Shown in pieces: positions 21,929 through 35,051 of a stretch of 43,694 bases of DNA. The DNA lies in contig NC_057749.1 of NCBI RefSeq assembly GCF_004010195.1, forward strand, positions 25,617,614 to 25,661,307. The letters are read 5' to 3'. Each line of letters begins with the position of its first letter. Positions within the stretch are counted from its first letter, which is position 1. The notes under the pieces were generated by a model that had not been told where the DNA came from, did no database searches, and saw only the letters and a program-made list of their open reading frames with translations. Made by a program: the position numbers and the translations under genes. Origin of the DNA: Chiloscyllium plagiosum (Eukaryota).

Positions 21929-22069
21929 TAAATGAAAGCAGAAAATGATGGTAAAGGGTATTTCCTTGGAGTGACAGAAGCTGAGAAGTGATATCCCACT
22001 CAATCCGTACTGGGACGACAATTTACTTTAACAATTTGGACAGTAGAATCAGAAACATTTCAGATGATA

Positions 22070-22300
22070 CCAGGATCTGTATCTCTCTATTCCCTTCCTA
22101 TTCAAGTATTCGTCCAGGTGCTTCTTGAATGCTGCTATTGTATCTGCTTCCACCATCTCCTCTGGCAGCGCGTTCCAGGCACTCAACACCCCCACGTGTG
22201 AAAAACGTGCCTCACACATCTCTTTTAAACTTCCCACCTGGGTCCCCTCGTAATTGACCCCTCCACCTTGGAAAATACTTTCCACTCTATCCATGCCATT
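22070..22300 (-). mobile_element. CR1 3' fragment
   Basis: AWNALPEEMVEADTIAAFKKHLDEYL. Confidence 0.85.
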
Positions 22301-22607
22301 CTCAACCTTTCATTCGGGTTGGAATTAAGCAATGGTGCAGTGGTCTGTGTTTAAGATACATAGAACGCAATGTTCTGATTTTTAAAAAAATATAACACCC
22401 TTAACAACGCTGACATTTTGGCATTTCTCAAATTCTGAGATTAGTGACCTCCCATGACAAAATAAGAACAGATGCTCTTTTATAAAATCTATCATGCTCT
22501 TTTGTTGACGACATCATATTTTATTGATGTTCTATCACCCATAAATTGTGCTAAAATTATTGTGTATAGCTTTAAACGTACCAAGAGAATGAGACAGTTC
22601 ATATCAC

Positions 22608-22965
22608 TTATTTTTCCTTTCGTGGGATGTGCGTATCACTGACAAGGTCAGTATTTGTTGTCCTTAACTTAAGTTGCTTGCTGGATTCATGCCAGTAAAC
22701 CACATGGCTATGGGTCTGCAGCCACATGTAGGTCAGACTGTATAATGAAGGCAGATCTCCTTCCCTAAGGGGCATCAATGAACCAGATGGGTTCATATGA
22801 AGATCACTGATAGTTTCATGGTTGCTTTTACAGAGTTCAGCTTTTTATTCCAGATTTATTCATTGAATTTAAATTCCACCAGCAACTGTGGTGGGATTGG
22901 AACCCATAACCCCAGAATATTAATCTGGGTTGCTGGATTACCAATCTTCTAACACGGCCATTGCC
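22608..22965 (-). mobile_element. Second SINE family (possibly SacSINE1/DeuSINE-like)
   Basis: Reverse complement matches the 14430-14757 copy. Confidence 0.65.
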
Positions 22966-23277
22966 ATTGAGCTAGTATGTCTCTTTTTTGAATAAGGATG
23001 CATGGTTTGAAGCCCAGAGAAAGAGACACAAATATTTATTGAACTCCTAATAAGGAGTTGTGAGCTCATAACAAGAGCATATCATCAGTGATGTCTAATA
23101 ATGCCAGTCAATGGCTCTTGTGGTCAAGTGGTAGTACTAGGAGAGCTAGGAGATTTGGGTTCAAGTCCCATTTGCTGCTGAGGTCTGAACAGGATGATTA
23201 TCTCCAATAATGTCAGAGCAGATCAGATGGAATGGCAACCTGAGGCACAAAGGTTCTACCTGAGTCCTGCTGATCCA

Positions 23278-23467
23278 TTAGGAGAAAGTGAGGACTGCAA
23301 ATGCTGGAGATCAGAATCGAGAGTGTGGTGCTGGAAAAGCACAGCAGGTCAGGCAGCACCTGAGGAGCAGGAGAATCCTGATGAAGGGCTTTTGTCTAAA
23401 ACATTGATTCTCCTGCTCCTCAGATGCTGCCTGACCTGCTGTGCTTTTCCAGCACCACAGTCTCAAC
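23278..23467 (-). mobile_element. Foldback PLE mini-insertion (family A)
   Basis: Inverted arms with tail on the left; CpG-decayed hammerhead ctgatgaagggcttttgtctaaaacatt; TSD tcctgctg(a/t)tcca at 23265-23277 and 23468-23480. Confidence 0.8.
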
Positions 23468-23808
23468 TCCTGCTGTTCCACGTCGCTGTGAATAGTGTAA
23501 ATTTTTTTTGTCTTCCATTAGTATGGTATTTAGTCCTGCAAAATCTACCAGAATCCAGTTGTGACATTTATATAGTGATTTCTGCGATCCACCCTGGGAC
23601 CCCGAAAGAGTTAATGAAGTGAACTGTCCCAGATAATTTGGTTTCATTGATTGAGGGGTAAATACTGAGGGCAACAATGCTCCTCTGCTGCAAAGTTATA
23701 TTCAGTGTTCTTTCACCTCCCCTGCCCGTGTTGGGGGAACCTGGCAGCATGGAAACCTACAAGGATAGATATTTCTTAATCTGCAGTTCTGAGGAAAAGT
23801 TGTAATGT

Positions 23809-25111
23809 TCAGACCATAGAGTCATGGAGACGTACAGCATGTAACAGACCCTTCGCTCCAACTTGTCCATGCCGATCAGGTATCCCAACCCAATTTAGTC
23901 CCATTTGCCAGCACCTGCCCCATATCCCTCCAAACCCTTCCTATTCATATACCCATCAAGGTGCCTTTTAAATGTTGCAATTGTACCAGCCTCCACCACT
24001 TCCTCTGGCAGCTCATTCCGTTCAGATACCACCCTCTGTGTGAAAAAGTTGCCCCTTAGGTCTCTTTTATATCTTTCCCCTCTCACCCTAAACCCTCTAA
24101 TTCTGGACTCCCCGACCCCAGGGAAAAGACTTTGTTTATTTACCTGACCCATGCCTGTCATGATTTTATAAACCTCTATAAAGTCACCCCTCAGCTCCAG
24201 GGAAAACAGCCTCAGCCTGTTCAGCCTCTGTCTATAGCTCAAATCCTCCAACCCTGGCAACATCCTTGTAAACCTTTTCTGAATTCTTTCAAGTTTCACA
24301 ACATTCTTCCGATAGGAAGGGACCAAAATTGCACGCAATATTCCAACAGTGGCCTAACCAATGTCCTGTACAACCACAACACGACCTCCCAACGCTTATA
24401 CTCGATGCTCTGACCAACAAAGGAAAACATACCAAATGCCGCCTTCACTATCCTATTTACCTGCAAGGAGCTATGAACCTGCACTCCAAGGTCTCTTTGT
24501 TCAGCAACACTCCCTACGACCTTACCATTAAGTGTATAAGTCCTGCTAAGATCTGCTTTCCAAAAATGCAGCATCTCGCAATTACCTAACTTAAACTCTA
24601 TCTGACACTCCACAGCGTACTGACCCATCTTATCAAGATCCTGTTTTAATCTGAGGTAACCCTCTTCACCGTCCACGACACCTCCAAATTTGGTGTCACC
24701 TGCAAACTTACTAACTATACCTCCTATGTTCACATCCAAATCATTTATATGAATGATGTAAAGTAGTGGATCCAGAATTGATCCTTGTGGCACTCCAGTG
24801 ATCACAGGCCTCCAGTCTGAAAAACAATCCTCCACCACCACCCTCTGTCTTCTACCTATGAGCCAGTTCTGTATCCAAATGGATAGTTCTCCCTGTATTC
24901 TATGAGATCGACCCTTGTTAACAGTCTCCCATGGGAACCTTGGTGATTGCCTTACTGAAGTCCATATAGATCATGTCCACCGCTCTGCCCTCATCAGACC
25001 TCTTTGTTACTTCTTCAGAACACTCAATTAAGTCTGTGAGATATGATTTCCCATGTACATAGCCATGCTGACTATCCCTAATCAGTCCTTGCCTTCATGA
25101 ATGCATTTAAG
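23809..25111 (-). mobile_element. 5'-truncated CR1 LINE with TSD
   Basis: GVPQGSILDP..KFAGDTK..EYCVQFWS; 12-bp TSD aagttgtaatgt at 23797-23808 and 25112-25123. Confidence 0.92.
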
Positions 25112-25159
25112 AAGTTGTAATGTGGAGCGATGACAGTAGAAGGTCTGCTAAGTTTAGCA

Positions 25160-26055
25160 TATTGCTAAATTAGTCGATGACACATAGATGGTTAAGAAAG
25201 TAAAAGTTGTTAAGAGGACATAAACGGACTACAAAGGGATAAAGATAAATTAAATGATTGGGCAAAGTTCCAGAAAATGCAGCTTAGGGGAAATGTGTGA
25301 AGTTGCCCAATTTAGTGAGAAGAATAAAGATGAAGCAAATTATCTAAATGGTGAAGAATTATCGAGCACTGAGATGCAGAGGAATCTGGGTGCCCAACCA
25401 CATCAGGTGCAAAAGCTTAGTATAAAGGTACAGCAAATAATTAAGAAAGCTAATAGATCGTTATTATTTATTGTGATATGAATTGAATGTAAAAGTAAGG
25501 AGATTGTCCCCAGTGATACAGGACATTGGTGAGACAGCATCTGCAGTACCATGGTATAGACTCATTAATGGGTGGCATGATGGATCGATGGTTAGGACTA
25601 CTGCCTCACAGCACCAGGGGCATATGTTTGAATCCAGCCTTAGGTGACTGAGTGTGGCGTTTTCTCATTGTATCCTTGTGTTTCCATCAGTGGTCTTGTT
25701 TCTTCCCACAGTCCAAAGATGTGCAGGTTAAGTGAATTGGTCATGTTAAATTGCCCCTTAGTGTCCTGGGTTGTGCAGGTTAGGTGGGTTAGCCGTGGGA
25801 AATGTGGGATGGGGAGATGAAAGGAGTAGTAGCTGGATTTAGATAGGATACTGTTCAGTGGGTGGGTACAGATGTGATTGGCTGAATGGCCTCTTTCTGC
25901 ACTGTAGGGATTTTATGACTTGGTACTGTAGACAGTACTGGTCACCTTATTTAACGAAGGATGTAAGTATGATGGAAGCAATTTAAAGCAAATTTACTGG
26001 ACTAATACCTGGAAAGCATGACATGTCTTATGTGGAAAGGTTTGGAAAAGCTAAG
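25160..26055 (+). mobile_element. Old CR1 RT fragment interrupted by a SINE
   Basis: KLVDDT-like start, KVQQIIKKAN, continuation after 25920. Confidence 0.6.
25570..25919 (+). mobile_element. HE1/V-SINE-like SINE (diverged)
   Basis: Head, body and tail recognisable. Confidence 0.8.
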
Positions 26056-28896
26056 CTGACCATAATGGATCCCAACAAATATAATTGACTTGTTCCCTGA
26101 GAGATAGGATTCCTACACTCAAATGGAAATGTAGAGCAGCAATGATCCATTCACTCTGACTTTATCAACCAACTAATCCCAGGGTGCTATCTGTCCTGGG
26201 AAAGCGTTTCAGGTGATATAACATAAATGAGGCCAATTTCAAATCCGCAGTGACGGAGTGGTCTGCATTTTTGAGAAACTTATATCCAGGGATCTTGAAT
26301 CAAAATGTGTTGAGTCTTAATCTGAGGTTCATCTGCAGTGATTGTAATAAGTTAAGTCTGAGGTGGGCCTCAGAGAGTATGCGTTCCCTGACTGGGATTG
26401 TAGTTGCTCCCAGTATGCGGACTTAAGACAGCAAAGGAGTCCCACTGGATCTAAACTGAGTAAGAGAACTCAGGCTGATATCCAGAGAGTGCACCCACTA
26501 GAAAGTCCACCTACATCTGGTTTGGAAAAGTTACATTGTTTTGCAACAAACAAATCAGAACCAAACCAAATAAATATATGGTTAAATAGTCATCCGGAGA
26601 TCAATACTAGCGTGGCCTTTTCAGTGTTTGCAGAACCAGTCTTCAACAAGCGTCACTCTGGACTCCAACCCTTTACTTTGCACAAGACTTCAGTTAGACC
26701 GGCAACCTATACCAGGGAACCTTTACAGATTAAAGATAAACTTCGGTTCCGGTCTCGTATGAGAAGCAGTTGGTTCGGTTCCTGTTGATTGTAGTAAAAG
26801 GCTCGGGCCCAAGGCAGATGGGGTGAAATTGGTTGAAGAAGATTCACCCTGATTGGCTCAACATTTTTCAATTAGAAAATGGTAGCCTGAGTGAAGTCCT
26901 AATTAAGTACCTGGAAGTCTTTCAGGAAGGTCTAGGGACTATCAAAGGAGACAAAGCCACCTTGCACGTTGACTAGGAGACAATTCCATGACTTTGGGAG
27001 GCCTGCCCAATGCCATTTGCCTCAGGGGCAAAAGTAGGGGCAGAAACCAGGAGATTGGAAAGTGAAAGAATCATCAAACCAGTCCAGTTTGCAGAATGGG
27101 CAACACTGGTATCACCAATTGTGAAGCCTGACAGGTCAGTTTGCCTTTGTGGGGATTTTAAACAAACGGTAAACTGCTTCTCAGAGCTGAATAAATACCC
27201 AAATCCTTGTTCAGAGGATTGATACACAGCGCGGGGTGGGCGGGGTGGGGGGGCAGTCCTTCAAGAAGTTAGACATGAACCATGTGGACCTGCGATTACG
27301 GTTAGATGAGGATTCCCAAAAATATACCACAATTAATACCCATAAAGGTTTGTACCAATATACGAGACGGCCATTTGGGGTATCATCAGCAACCCTTAAG
27401 TTTGCACAAGACTTCAGTTAGACTGGCAACCTATACCAGAGAACCTTTATAGTTTAAGGATACAATTCGGTTCCGGTCTCGTATGAGAAGCAGCTAGTTC
27501 GGTTCCTGTTGATTGTATAAAAGGCTCGGGCCCAAGGCTGATGGGGCGAAATTTGTTGAAGGAGCTTTTTCAGAAGATGATGGAGAACATTTTGCAAAAT
27601 CTCCCCTAGGTTCCCATTTATCTAGATGATGTGCTAATAACAGAGAAAACCAATAAGGAGCACTTGGAGACTTTGGACCTAGTCCTTAGACATTTCTCTC
27701 AGCTGAGTGTGTGCCTTAGGAGAGAGAAATGTGAGTTCCAGGCACCCCAAGTAACATACATGGGCTACAGAATTGACAAGATCACGTTACACCCATTGTA
27801 AGACACACCGAGGGTGATCAAAGGTGCCCTGGCTTGCATGTCTGTACTGGAGCTCAGATCTTTCCTTGTGCTGGTGAAGTTTTATGGAAAGTTCATACAT
27901 AACCCTGGCCTCCAAGCTGCCACTTTTGCATCAGCTCCTAAAAAAGGATCAGCCTTGGAAATGTTTGCGTCCAAACCATAGCTTTCAGGGAATTGAAGAT
28001 CCCAGACGAGATCCAGTATTGACATGTAATGCCTCCCCATATACCACTGAGATAGGTTTAGCTGATAGATCACCTGATGGAGCCATTGGAAAACCCAATA
28101 GTTTATGCATCAGGACTTTGGCTAATGATGAGTGTATACATGCCCAGATAGGGAAGGAAGGTTTGGCGGTCATATTTGGAGCCAGGACGTTCCGCCAATA
28201 CCTTTAATGATAATATTGGACCTCATTAATTGACTTTGGATGCAGAAAAATCTGGTCCTGGCAAAACTGAAGCAGCTGGTGGAAATTGAGGAGTACAAAG
28301 GTCCATCAGAACCAGAATTGAAACCTTTTTATTCCTGGAGTCACCAGATCACAATAGAGGATGGCATAATATTATGGGGAGCAATAGTGATTGTCCTGAG
28401 CAAATGTCACTGCCAGGCACTGGCTGAACTCCACCAGGGTCACCCAGGGGTTTCTAAAATGAACATGTTGGCGAAAAGATATGTCTGGTGGCCAGGCTTG
28501 TTTGGGCAGTGCCCAGAGTGCCACCAAGGACATAAAATGCTGTCAGCATTTCCCCCACATTCATGAGAAAGGCCGGTAAACTCTGGGTTACACGTTGGTA
28601 ATGCAGGTCCTTTCATGGGCTCAATGTCCTCAGTCATTGTAAGTGGTTGGACATGCATGGGGTTTATTTGTCAAATACGGGGCTGACAGTAGAAAAACTA
28701 TGCACATATTTTGCAATACATGGACTCCCAGAAGCATTGGTTAATGGGTAATTGTTTACCAGCAGGGAATTTGAATATTTTCTGAAGCCAAATGGATTTT
28801 GACGTATAAAGCCAGTTGCATAGTATCTATCATGCAACAGTCTGGCAGAAAGAGCAGTCCAAATCTTGAAGCCAGGCTTAAAGAAACAGCATATAG

Positions 28897-29151
28897 GTTT
28901 TTCTTTTAGATTACTTATATTGCCCAACAAGTCCACACCGACCCTCCGAAGAGCAACCAACCCAGACCCATTCCCCTACATTTACCCTTCACCTAACACT
29001 ACGGGCAATTTAACATGGCCAATTCATCTAACCTGTACATTTTTAGACTGTGGGAGGAAACCCACACAGACAGTTGCCCGAGGCGGGAATTGAACCCGGG
29101 TTTCTGGCACTGTGAGGCAACAGTGCTAACCACTGTGCCACCGTGCCGCCC
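28897..29151 (-). mobile_element. HE1-like SINE inserted in the Gypsy integrase
   Basis: SINE reverse complement ending ccaccgtgccgccc; integrase sequence resumes after it. Confidence 0.88.
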
Positions 29152-30127
29152 ACATAGATACCAAACTGTCCCAGATCCTATTTGATTATAGGGTCAGCCC
29201 TCATGCAACGACAGGGATAGCTCCAGCAGAGTTGCAATGGGGAGAGGATTCCGCACCAGGTTAAACTTGATCGTCCTGGATCTAGGAGAGTGAGGGTGAA
29301 ATGGCATCAGGAACGCCATTGCCATTACAGGGGACAAAGTTTGCTGTGGCATCCATGGACATGGCACTGTATGGGTAAGAAACTTGGTCGACGCGAGGTC
29401 AGGAGCAGTGATGTATAAGGTTCAGGTAGGATCGACGATCCTGTACAACGTGTGGACCGTATGAAAGCCGTGCGCTCAGAAATAGTATGGGAACAAAACA
29501 TGCTCAGCTCTTTGGAACAGTCAGAAAGGCAGTTGGATCCTCTGGTTCTTGGCTCTCTGGCAGAAAGACCATAATGCTTGAACTTTCAGCTTTATTTCTT
29601 TACTTTCTACTTAAACCTAAGAAGGTCTGCAATGTGTAACCTTTAATCCTTGTTGCAATGTTTAACTTTTAATTTGGCTTTATCTTTTTACCATGTTCTT
29701 AAGATCTTGTATTTCAGTATTTGTATGTAAGGTGGCTCTTTATGTGGCGACATTATACACTTTTCACTGGACTCCTGTACTTGAGTACACGTGACAACAA
29801 AATAAAATCAGTTGTGTTGAAGAGACTTCTGAATCTGAGATGGACATGACAGATCTCACCACATCAACGCCTTTGTTGCTGAAGGAAGAGAGCGAATTTT
29901 TCCTGAGATGCTCTGGGCACAGGAAGCGAGCTCCACATCAGACACAGAGTCAGAGGACCCTGACTCAGACCTAAAAGGCCCAAGGAGGCTCTTCAAGAGA
30001 AAGGACTGGCCTATTTCCTCAGACTCAGTGGGGGAGGGATGTAGTTGTTGTAACGGGGTCAGTCAGGTAGAGCCTCAAAGAATATGAGTTCCCCGATTGG
30101 GGATGTTAATCTGGTCCAATCAGGGAG

Positions 30128-30282
30128 GAGAAAGTGAGGTCTGCAGATGCTGGAGATCAGAGCTGAAAATGTGTTGCTGGAAAAGCGCAGCAGGTCAGGC
30201 AGCATCCAGGGAACAGGAGAATCGACGTTTCGGGCATAAGCCCTTCTTCAGGAATGAGGAAAGTTTGTCCAGCATTTTCAGC
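30128..30282 (-). mobile_element. Young family A PLE mini-insertion inside the Gypsy LTR
   Basis: Perfect 13-bp TSD tccaatcagggag (30115-30127, 30283-30295); short inverted remnant cattttcagct at its 5' junction. Confidence 0.88.
30224..30251 (-). ncRNA. Minimal hammerhead ribozyme motif
   Basis: Reverse complement reads CTGAAGA-A-GGGC-TTAT-GCCC-GAAA-CGTC. Confidence 0.7.
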
Positions 30283-30844
30283 TCCAATCAGGGAGCCCTG
30301 GCTGACAGGAGTGTCTGCGGTTCTGTTTACTATGAGAGCTGGCTCTGAAGAATCTAGATCAGTGTCAAAGAGTTTCCACAGATAAATAAAGGGTGACTTA
30401 GTGACAGAATACCAGCCTCTATGGAGTTACTTCATAAGCAACTGGATTTGTTGCCTCATCCAGATTTATTAGGCCGTTGATTCACTGCTAAGGTGGAACG
30501 TGGGCATGTGAAGAGAGGACCAAAGTGGGGACTGATCTCTCTGAGTGTAAATATAATGACAAGGGGGAAGAAGGGACAAGGTCATTCTAACATTAATAAA
30601 ACAGACAGGTAAATCTCAGTAACAGGTAGAACACTTCCTGAAGCTGAATGAAGATTATAATCGGCAAAGATTACACCAGTGTTGTGCCTGATTCCATCAG
30701 CTTCCAAACAGATAGGCTAAGTTAAAATGAGTCTGCTCTGGTTTGAAATATCAATGGAAATGAAAGCTTTATTCCTCTAGCCCCAGCCTTATGCTGACAA
30801 GTGAGGTAGTTGCTGTTGTGCCACTAATTTCCAGAATTGCCCTA

Positions 30845-31500
30845 TATAGAGTCATAGAATCATAGAGATGGTCAACATCGAAACAGACTGGTCGGTCCAA
30901 CTCGTCCATGCTGACGAGATATCTTAAATTAATCTAATCCCATTTGTCAGCACTTGGGACCATATCCCTCTAAGACCTTCTTATTCATACACCCATTCAG
31001 ATGCCTTTTAAATGTTGCAATTGTACCAGCCTCCACCACTTCCTCTGGCAGCTCATTCCATACAGATACCACCCTCTGCATAAAGAGTTGCCCCTTAGCT
31101 CCCTTTTAAATCTTTCCCCTCTCACCTTAAGCCTATGCCCTCTGTCTTTGGACTCCTCTACCCTGGGGAAAAGACCTTGTCTATTCACCCTATCCATGCC
31201 CCTCATAATTTTATGGACTCCTATAAGTTACCCCTCAGCTCCAGGGAAAATAGCCCTCACCTATTCAACCTCTCCCTGTAGCTCAAATGCTCCAACTCCT
31301 GCAACATCCTTGCAAAACCTTTCTGAACCCTTTCAGGTTTCGCAACTCCCTATTGCAGGGAGACCAGAATTGCACACAATATTCCAACAGTGGCCTAACC
31401 AAGGTCCTGTACAGCTGCAACATGACCTCCCAACTCTTATACTCAATGCACTGACCAATAAAGGCAAGCCTCCAAATGCCTTCTTCACTACCCCATCTAT
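30845..31500 (-). mobile_element. CR1 3' fragment
   Basis: MRGMDRVNRQGLFPRVEESKDRGHRLKVRGERFK; (catagart)n tail repeats. Confidence 0.9.
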
Positions 31501-31959
31501 CAGGAACTCCAGTGGATTATACTCTGAGAGTACACAGTGACTTTCCCTCTGGTTGTTCCAGTCTGTTCATTTGATTGCCTGTTGTACTGAAAGGTAAGTG
31601 TTGTCAAAACAAATGTCTGATAAAACCAATACAAGGAAGTCTCGGTGTCTGAGTAGAATTTCACACTGCTTCAGTATGTTTCGGAATTCACACATGTTAA
31701 GATGTCATTTGCAACTGAGAACTTCTGGTCTAGTTAGTTTAGTTGGATCCACCCAATAATAATTCGCTCCGTAGAAAAACCTCAGCTATTCTAAGCAAAT
31801 AAAGCAATCATTGGAAGTATAAGCTTGCAGCAATCACTTGACACCTACGAACCATTTCACAATGAATGATAGTCATCGAGGTCTGCAACACATAAAAAGG
31901 CCCTTCAGCCCGATGATGCTACACTTGTCAAAAACAAGCACCTACCTACACAAATCTCA

Positions 31960-32367
31960 TCTCTTGAGTGTTGGATGAATGTTGGCTGTATTCTTTGGAG
32001 GAGAGAAGGTTAAGGGGGATCTTAATAGAGGTTTATAAGAACGTGAGGGACATGGACCGGATGGAAAAGAAGCAGTTGTTGTCTTCAGGTGAAGGGTCAA
32101 TAACAAGGGAGCACACTTTTAAACGGAAGGGCAGGAGGTTAGGGGGGAATTGCGAAAAAAATTGCTTCAAGCAAAAGTGGTAGGGTCTGGAATGTTTTGC
32201 CTTGGAATACAGGCACAACCTTTAAAAACTACTTGGATGAGCACTTGAAATGTCATAACAATCAAGGCTATGGGCCTAGTGCCAGAAAGTGGTACTATCT
32301 TTGGTTGTACAGACTCAATAGGCCAAAGGGCCTCTTCTGGACTGCACCATTCCATGATTCTATGATT
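31960..32367 (+). mobile_element. CR1 3' fragment
   Basis: LYSLEERRLRGILIEVYK..FKNYLDEHL; tail ccatgattctatgatt. Confidence 0.85.
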
Positions 32368-33294
32368 TCTGCTCAAACCTTTAAAGGGTTAAATGGACAA
32401 ATGCTATGCCAACTGTAGAGTCACCTTTAGATTTTGCAAGCAATGTTCCTGTCATTGTAAAGGCTGTTCCTGTTATTGCGCAAAGTATAATCGTGGTGTG
32501 CTCCGTAACGAAACAACACAACCAACGGCCAACAGGAACATCTTGCGATGGACAATGGCCTGGAATGCTCTGCAGTCCTTCTAGATGAGGGTGAACATGA
32601 CACGACATGGGCATAAATGACTGCTGCAATCTGTACCGAACAAGAAGCCTGGTGGAACCGCATTTAGGCACCTCACGTCCCCCAAAAGCTTTTGTTAAAA
32701 TAAGTTGAGTCTGATTCACTGCTAAATTGGAATTTGTGCATTATTTTTCCCGACAACACAGAGAATTATTAACTGGGACAAAAATCACTCACCTTTTCAG
32801 TTAAAGGTTTCAAACGTAAAACCCAAAATTGTCGGTAGACTTCATTGAGGGAAATTGCTGAGAGTTTCCAGAATATCTTGTTTAGTGTTTAGATTTCTAT
32901 AATCCATATTGTATTCCTTTTGTACTTTCATCAAATGTGCAGAAACTAATCCTAACAGCTGTGAAATGGGAGGATATGTCCCCAGAATAACCTACAGGTA
33001 TGTCTCATTTTAATTTCAAGGTACATTTAGCTGTCAACCAAATAGGTAGAACAGGATTCCTGCACAATTCACCGATAAAGGTCCTGGTGCCAATTATACA
33101 TCAGATATTATGAAGCTAAACAAGCAAAAGTGAAGTATTTGGAGCACATGGAAAAAGATACTGCTGAGAATTGTGACTAGTTAGCAAGGAAATACCTCTG
33201 CCATACTTAAGGGTAGCACGGTGGCTCAGCCCACTCAGGTCAGGTCTGCTCTGGGATTGGTGATTCACTCTGACCAAAGCTGTGTTGTACCGGG

Positions 33295-35015
33295 CAGGAC
33301 AATCTCTGAGAGCTTCACGTTTCTCTGGGATACGATCGCTTATGGGCAGGGCAGGGGGTGATGAGCATCTGCCTTGTCAGCCTGGACCAGGAGATGGCCT
33401 TTGATAGGACATTGCACACGTACATGCGGGACGTGTTCACCAAAATGAGCTTTGGGGCGGGAATTTGCAACTGGATCCGACTGCTCTACACCAACATCGT
33501 CAGTGCAGTCTCAATCAATGGGTAGGAATCTAAAAGCTTACCGATCTGATCTGGAGTCAGGCAGGGGCTGCCCACTGTCTCCCGCCTCGTTTGTGTGTTG
33601 TATAAGGCCTTTAACTGAGTCCGTCAGGAGGGATATGAGCTGGAGAGGAGTCACTGTTCCACAGAGCAGAGGCTTGTAGGTCAAAGCCTCTCTGCATAGA
33701 GATGATGGCGCCATTTCCTGCTTGGATCTGATGTCAGTGCACAGACTCCATGAGCATCTGCGACCAGTTCAAACTAGCATTGGAAACCAAGGTAAATCAA
33801 GATGAGAGCGAGGCCATGTTCTTTGAGAACTGGACTGACTGATCCTTTATCCCCTTCACCATCAGGACAGGTTACCTGAGGGCACTGGAAATATGGTACG
33901 GACAAAGATGGGGAGTGCACAAAATCTTAGGAAGAGCGCTTTGCCAAGGTGAGTCAGAAACTGTTTTTTTGGGAGCACTGCTCCCTCTCCATTAGGTAAA
34001 AACTTGGTCATCAGATGTGAGGCCCTCTCTCTATTGTTGTACATGGCACAGTTCTGGCCAATTCCCCGAAACTGTACCTTTGCAGTCATCCAAGCCATCT
34101 TCCATTTCACCAGAAGGTCTAAACTGGACCATGGCTGGAGGGGCACCGTGTACAAAGCTCTGGATAAGGCGGGGAAGAACGTATCCAATGTCGTCCTTAT
34201 CCTGATGGCCACCTTTGTGTGTGGCTTCATCAAGCTGTGCAGAGACCCGCGGTACACAAACACCAAGCAGCACTACGTACTGAGGTTCTATCTGTCCCCA
34301 GTGTAGTGAACGATGGGCCTGGCCTCGCTGCCATCGAGCGGTCCAAGTGGTTAGAGTGGTCCGTATCACTTGCCCTTTGCTGAGAAATTTGTATAGAAAA
34401 GAATCTTTGACCACAAGCCCACCAGGAAGAGGTCAGCACATAGACTCCTCGAGACCCTGTGGGAAAAGGAGAGGGTGGATCTTGTCACGTGGTTCCCTGA
34501 GGAGACTGTCAAAGAATGCCTCATCACCAGAACTTTCCAACAAGCACCAAGACATAGCCGGGCTGGTAGTGAGAAGGGCACTGCCTGTGAGATCCTTTAT
34601 GTACGTCTGGTCAGTCTGCGCCACCGCACGCTGCCCTTGAAGCAGATGCAGGAGTCACACATCTCCTGCTGGAATATGCCTCTGCAGAGGAAGTCTGGAG
34701 AGAGATGCAGTCGTTTTTGCCGATGTTCATCCTGAGCAGCTCTGTGATGCAGGAGTCTGCTCTACGGTCTATTCTGCAGAACACCCACTGAGACAAACAT
34801 CAACTATTCCTTGGAGGACCATCAACCCAGTGAAAGATGCTCTTTGGTTCTGCCCAAAACTTATTGGTCTCCCAGACCAAGGAGCTGACTCTGATAGAGT
34901 TGTGCGGACTGGCACATCCCAAGACCCAGGACTACGTGCTGAGGGATGCACTAAATCTTGGGGCAGCTGCCGCCAAGGCGCAGTGGGGAAAGACCACTGT
35001 TTGAGATCTTCATCA
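33295..35015 (+). mobile_element. Decayed Tx1/L1-clade LINE ORF2 (RT to C-terminal zinc region)
   Basis: LVSLDQEMAFDR, SGVRQGCPLSPASFVCCI, KASL-RDD, KNLVIRCEALSLLLY, late C..H..C-like remnant. Confidence 0.85.
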
Positions 35016-35051
35016 AAGAAAACTTGAGCATGTTGTAGTGAAATTTCTTCA

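Larger units (their letters stand above)
26334..30434 (+). mobile_element. Decayed Gypsy/Ty3 LTR retrotransposon (K02A2.6-like pol); most of the 5' LTR and gag deleted
   Basis: Protease remnant (EINTSVAFSV), RT (EWAT..PIVKPD..LCGDFK, PFGVSSA, YLDDVLI), RNase H (CNASPY), integrase (ELHQGHPGVSKM, LAERAVQ, YRVSPHATTG) in PR-RT-RH-IN order; 26334-26400 resembles the start of the 3' LTR. Confidence 0.88.
30040..30434 (+). repeat. Gypsy 3' LTR
   Basis: Polypurine tract gggggaggga (30030-30039), then TGT...; AATAAA near 30385; ends ttca. Confidence 0.75.

Noticed and set aside
26328..30440. TSD for the Gypsy element
   Set aside because: The flanks (..ttcatc / taagc..) do not match, so the boundaries remain approximate.
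32393..32584. Cys-rich ORF (CKQCSCHCKGCSCYC), metallothionein-like at first glance
   Set aside because: The cysteine pattern and C-terminus do not match metallothionein and no gene structure supports it.
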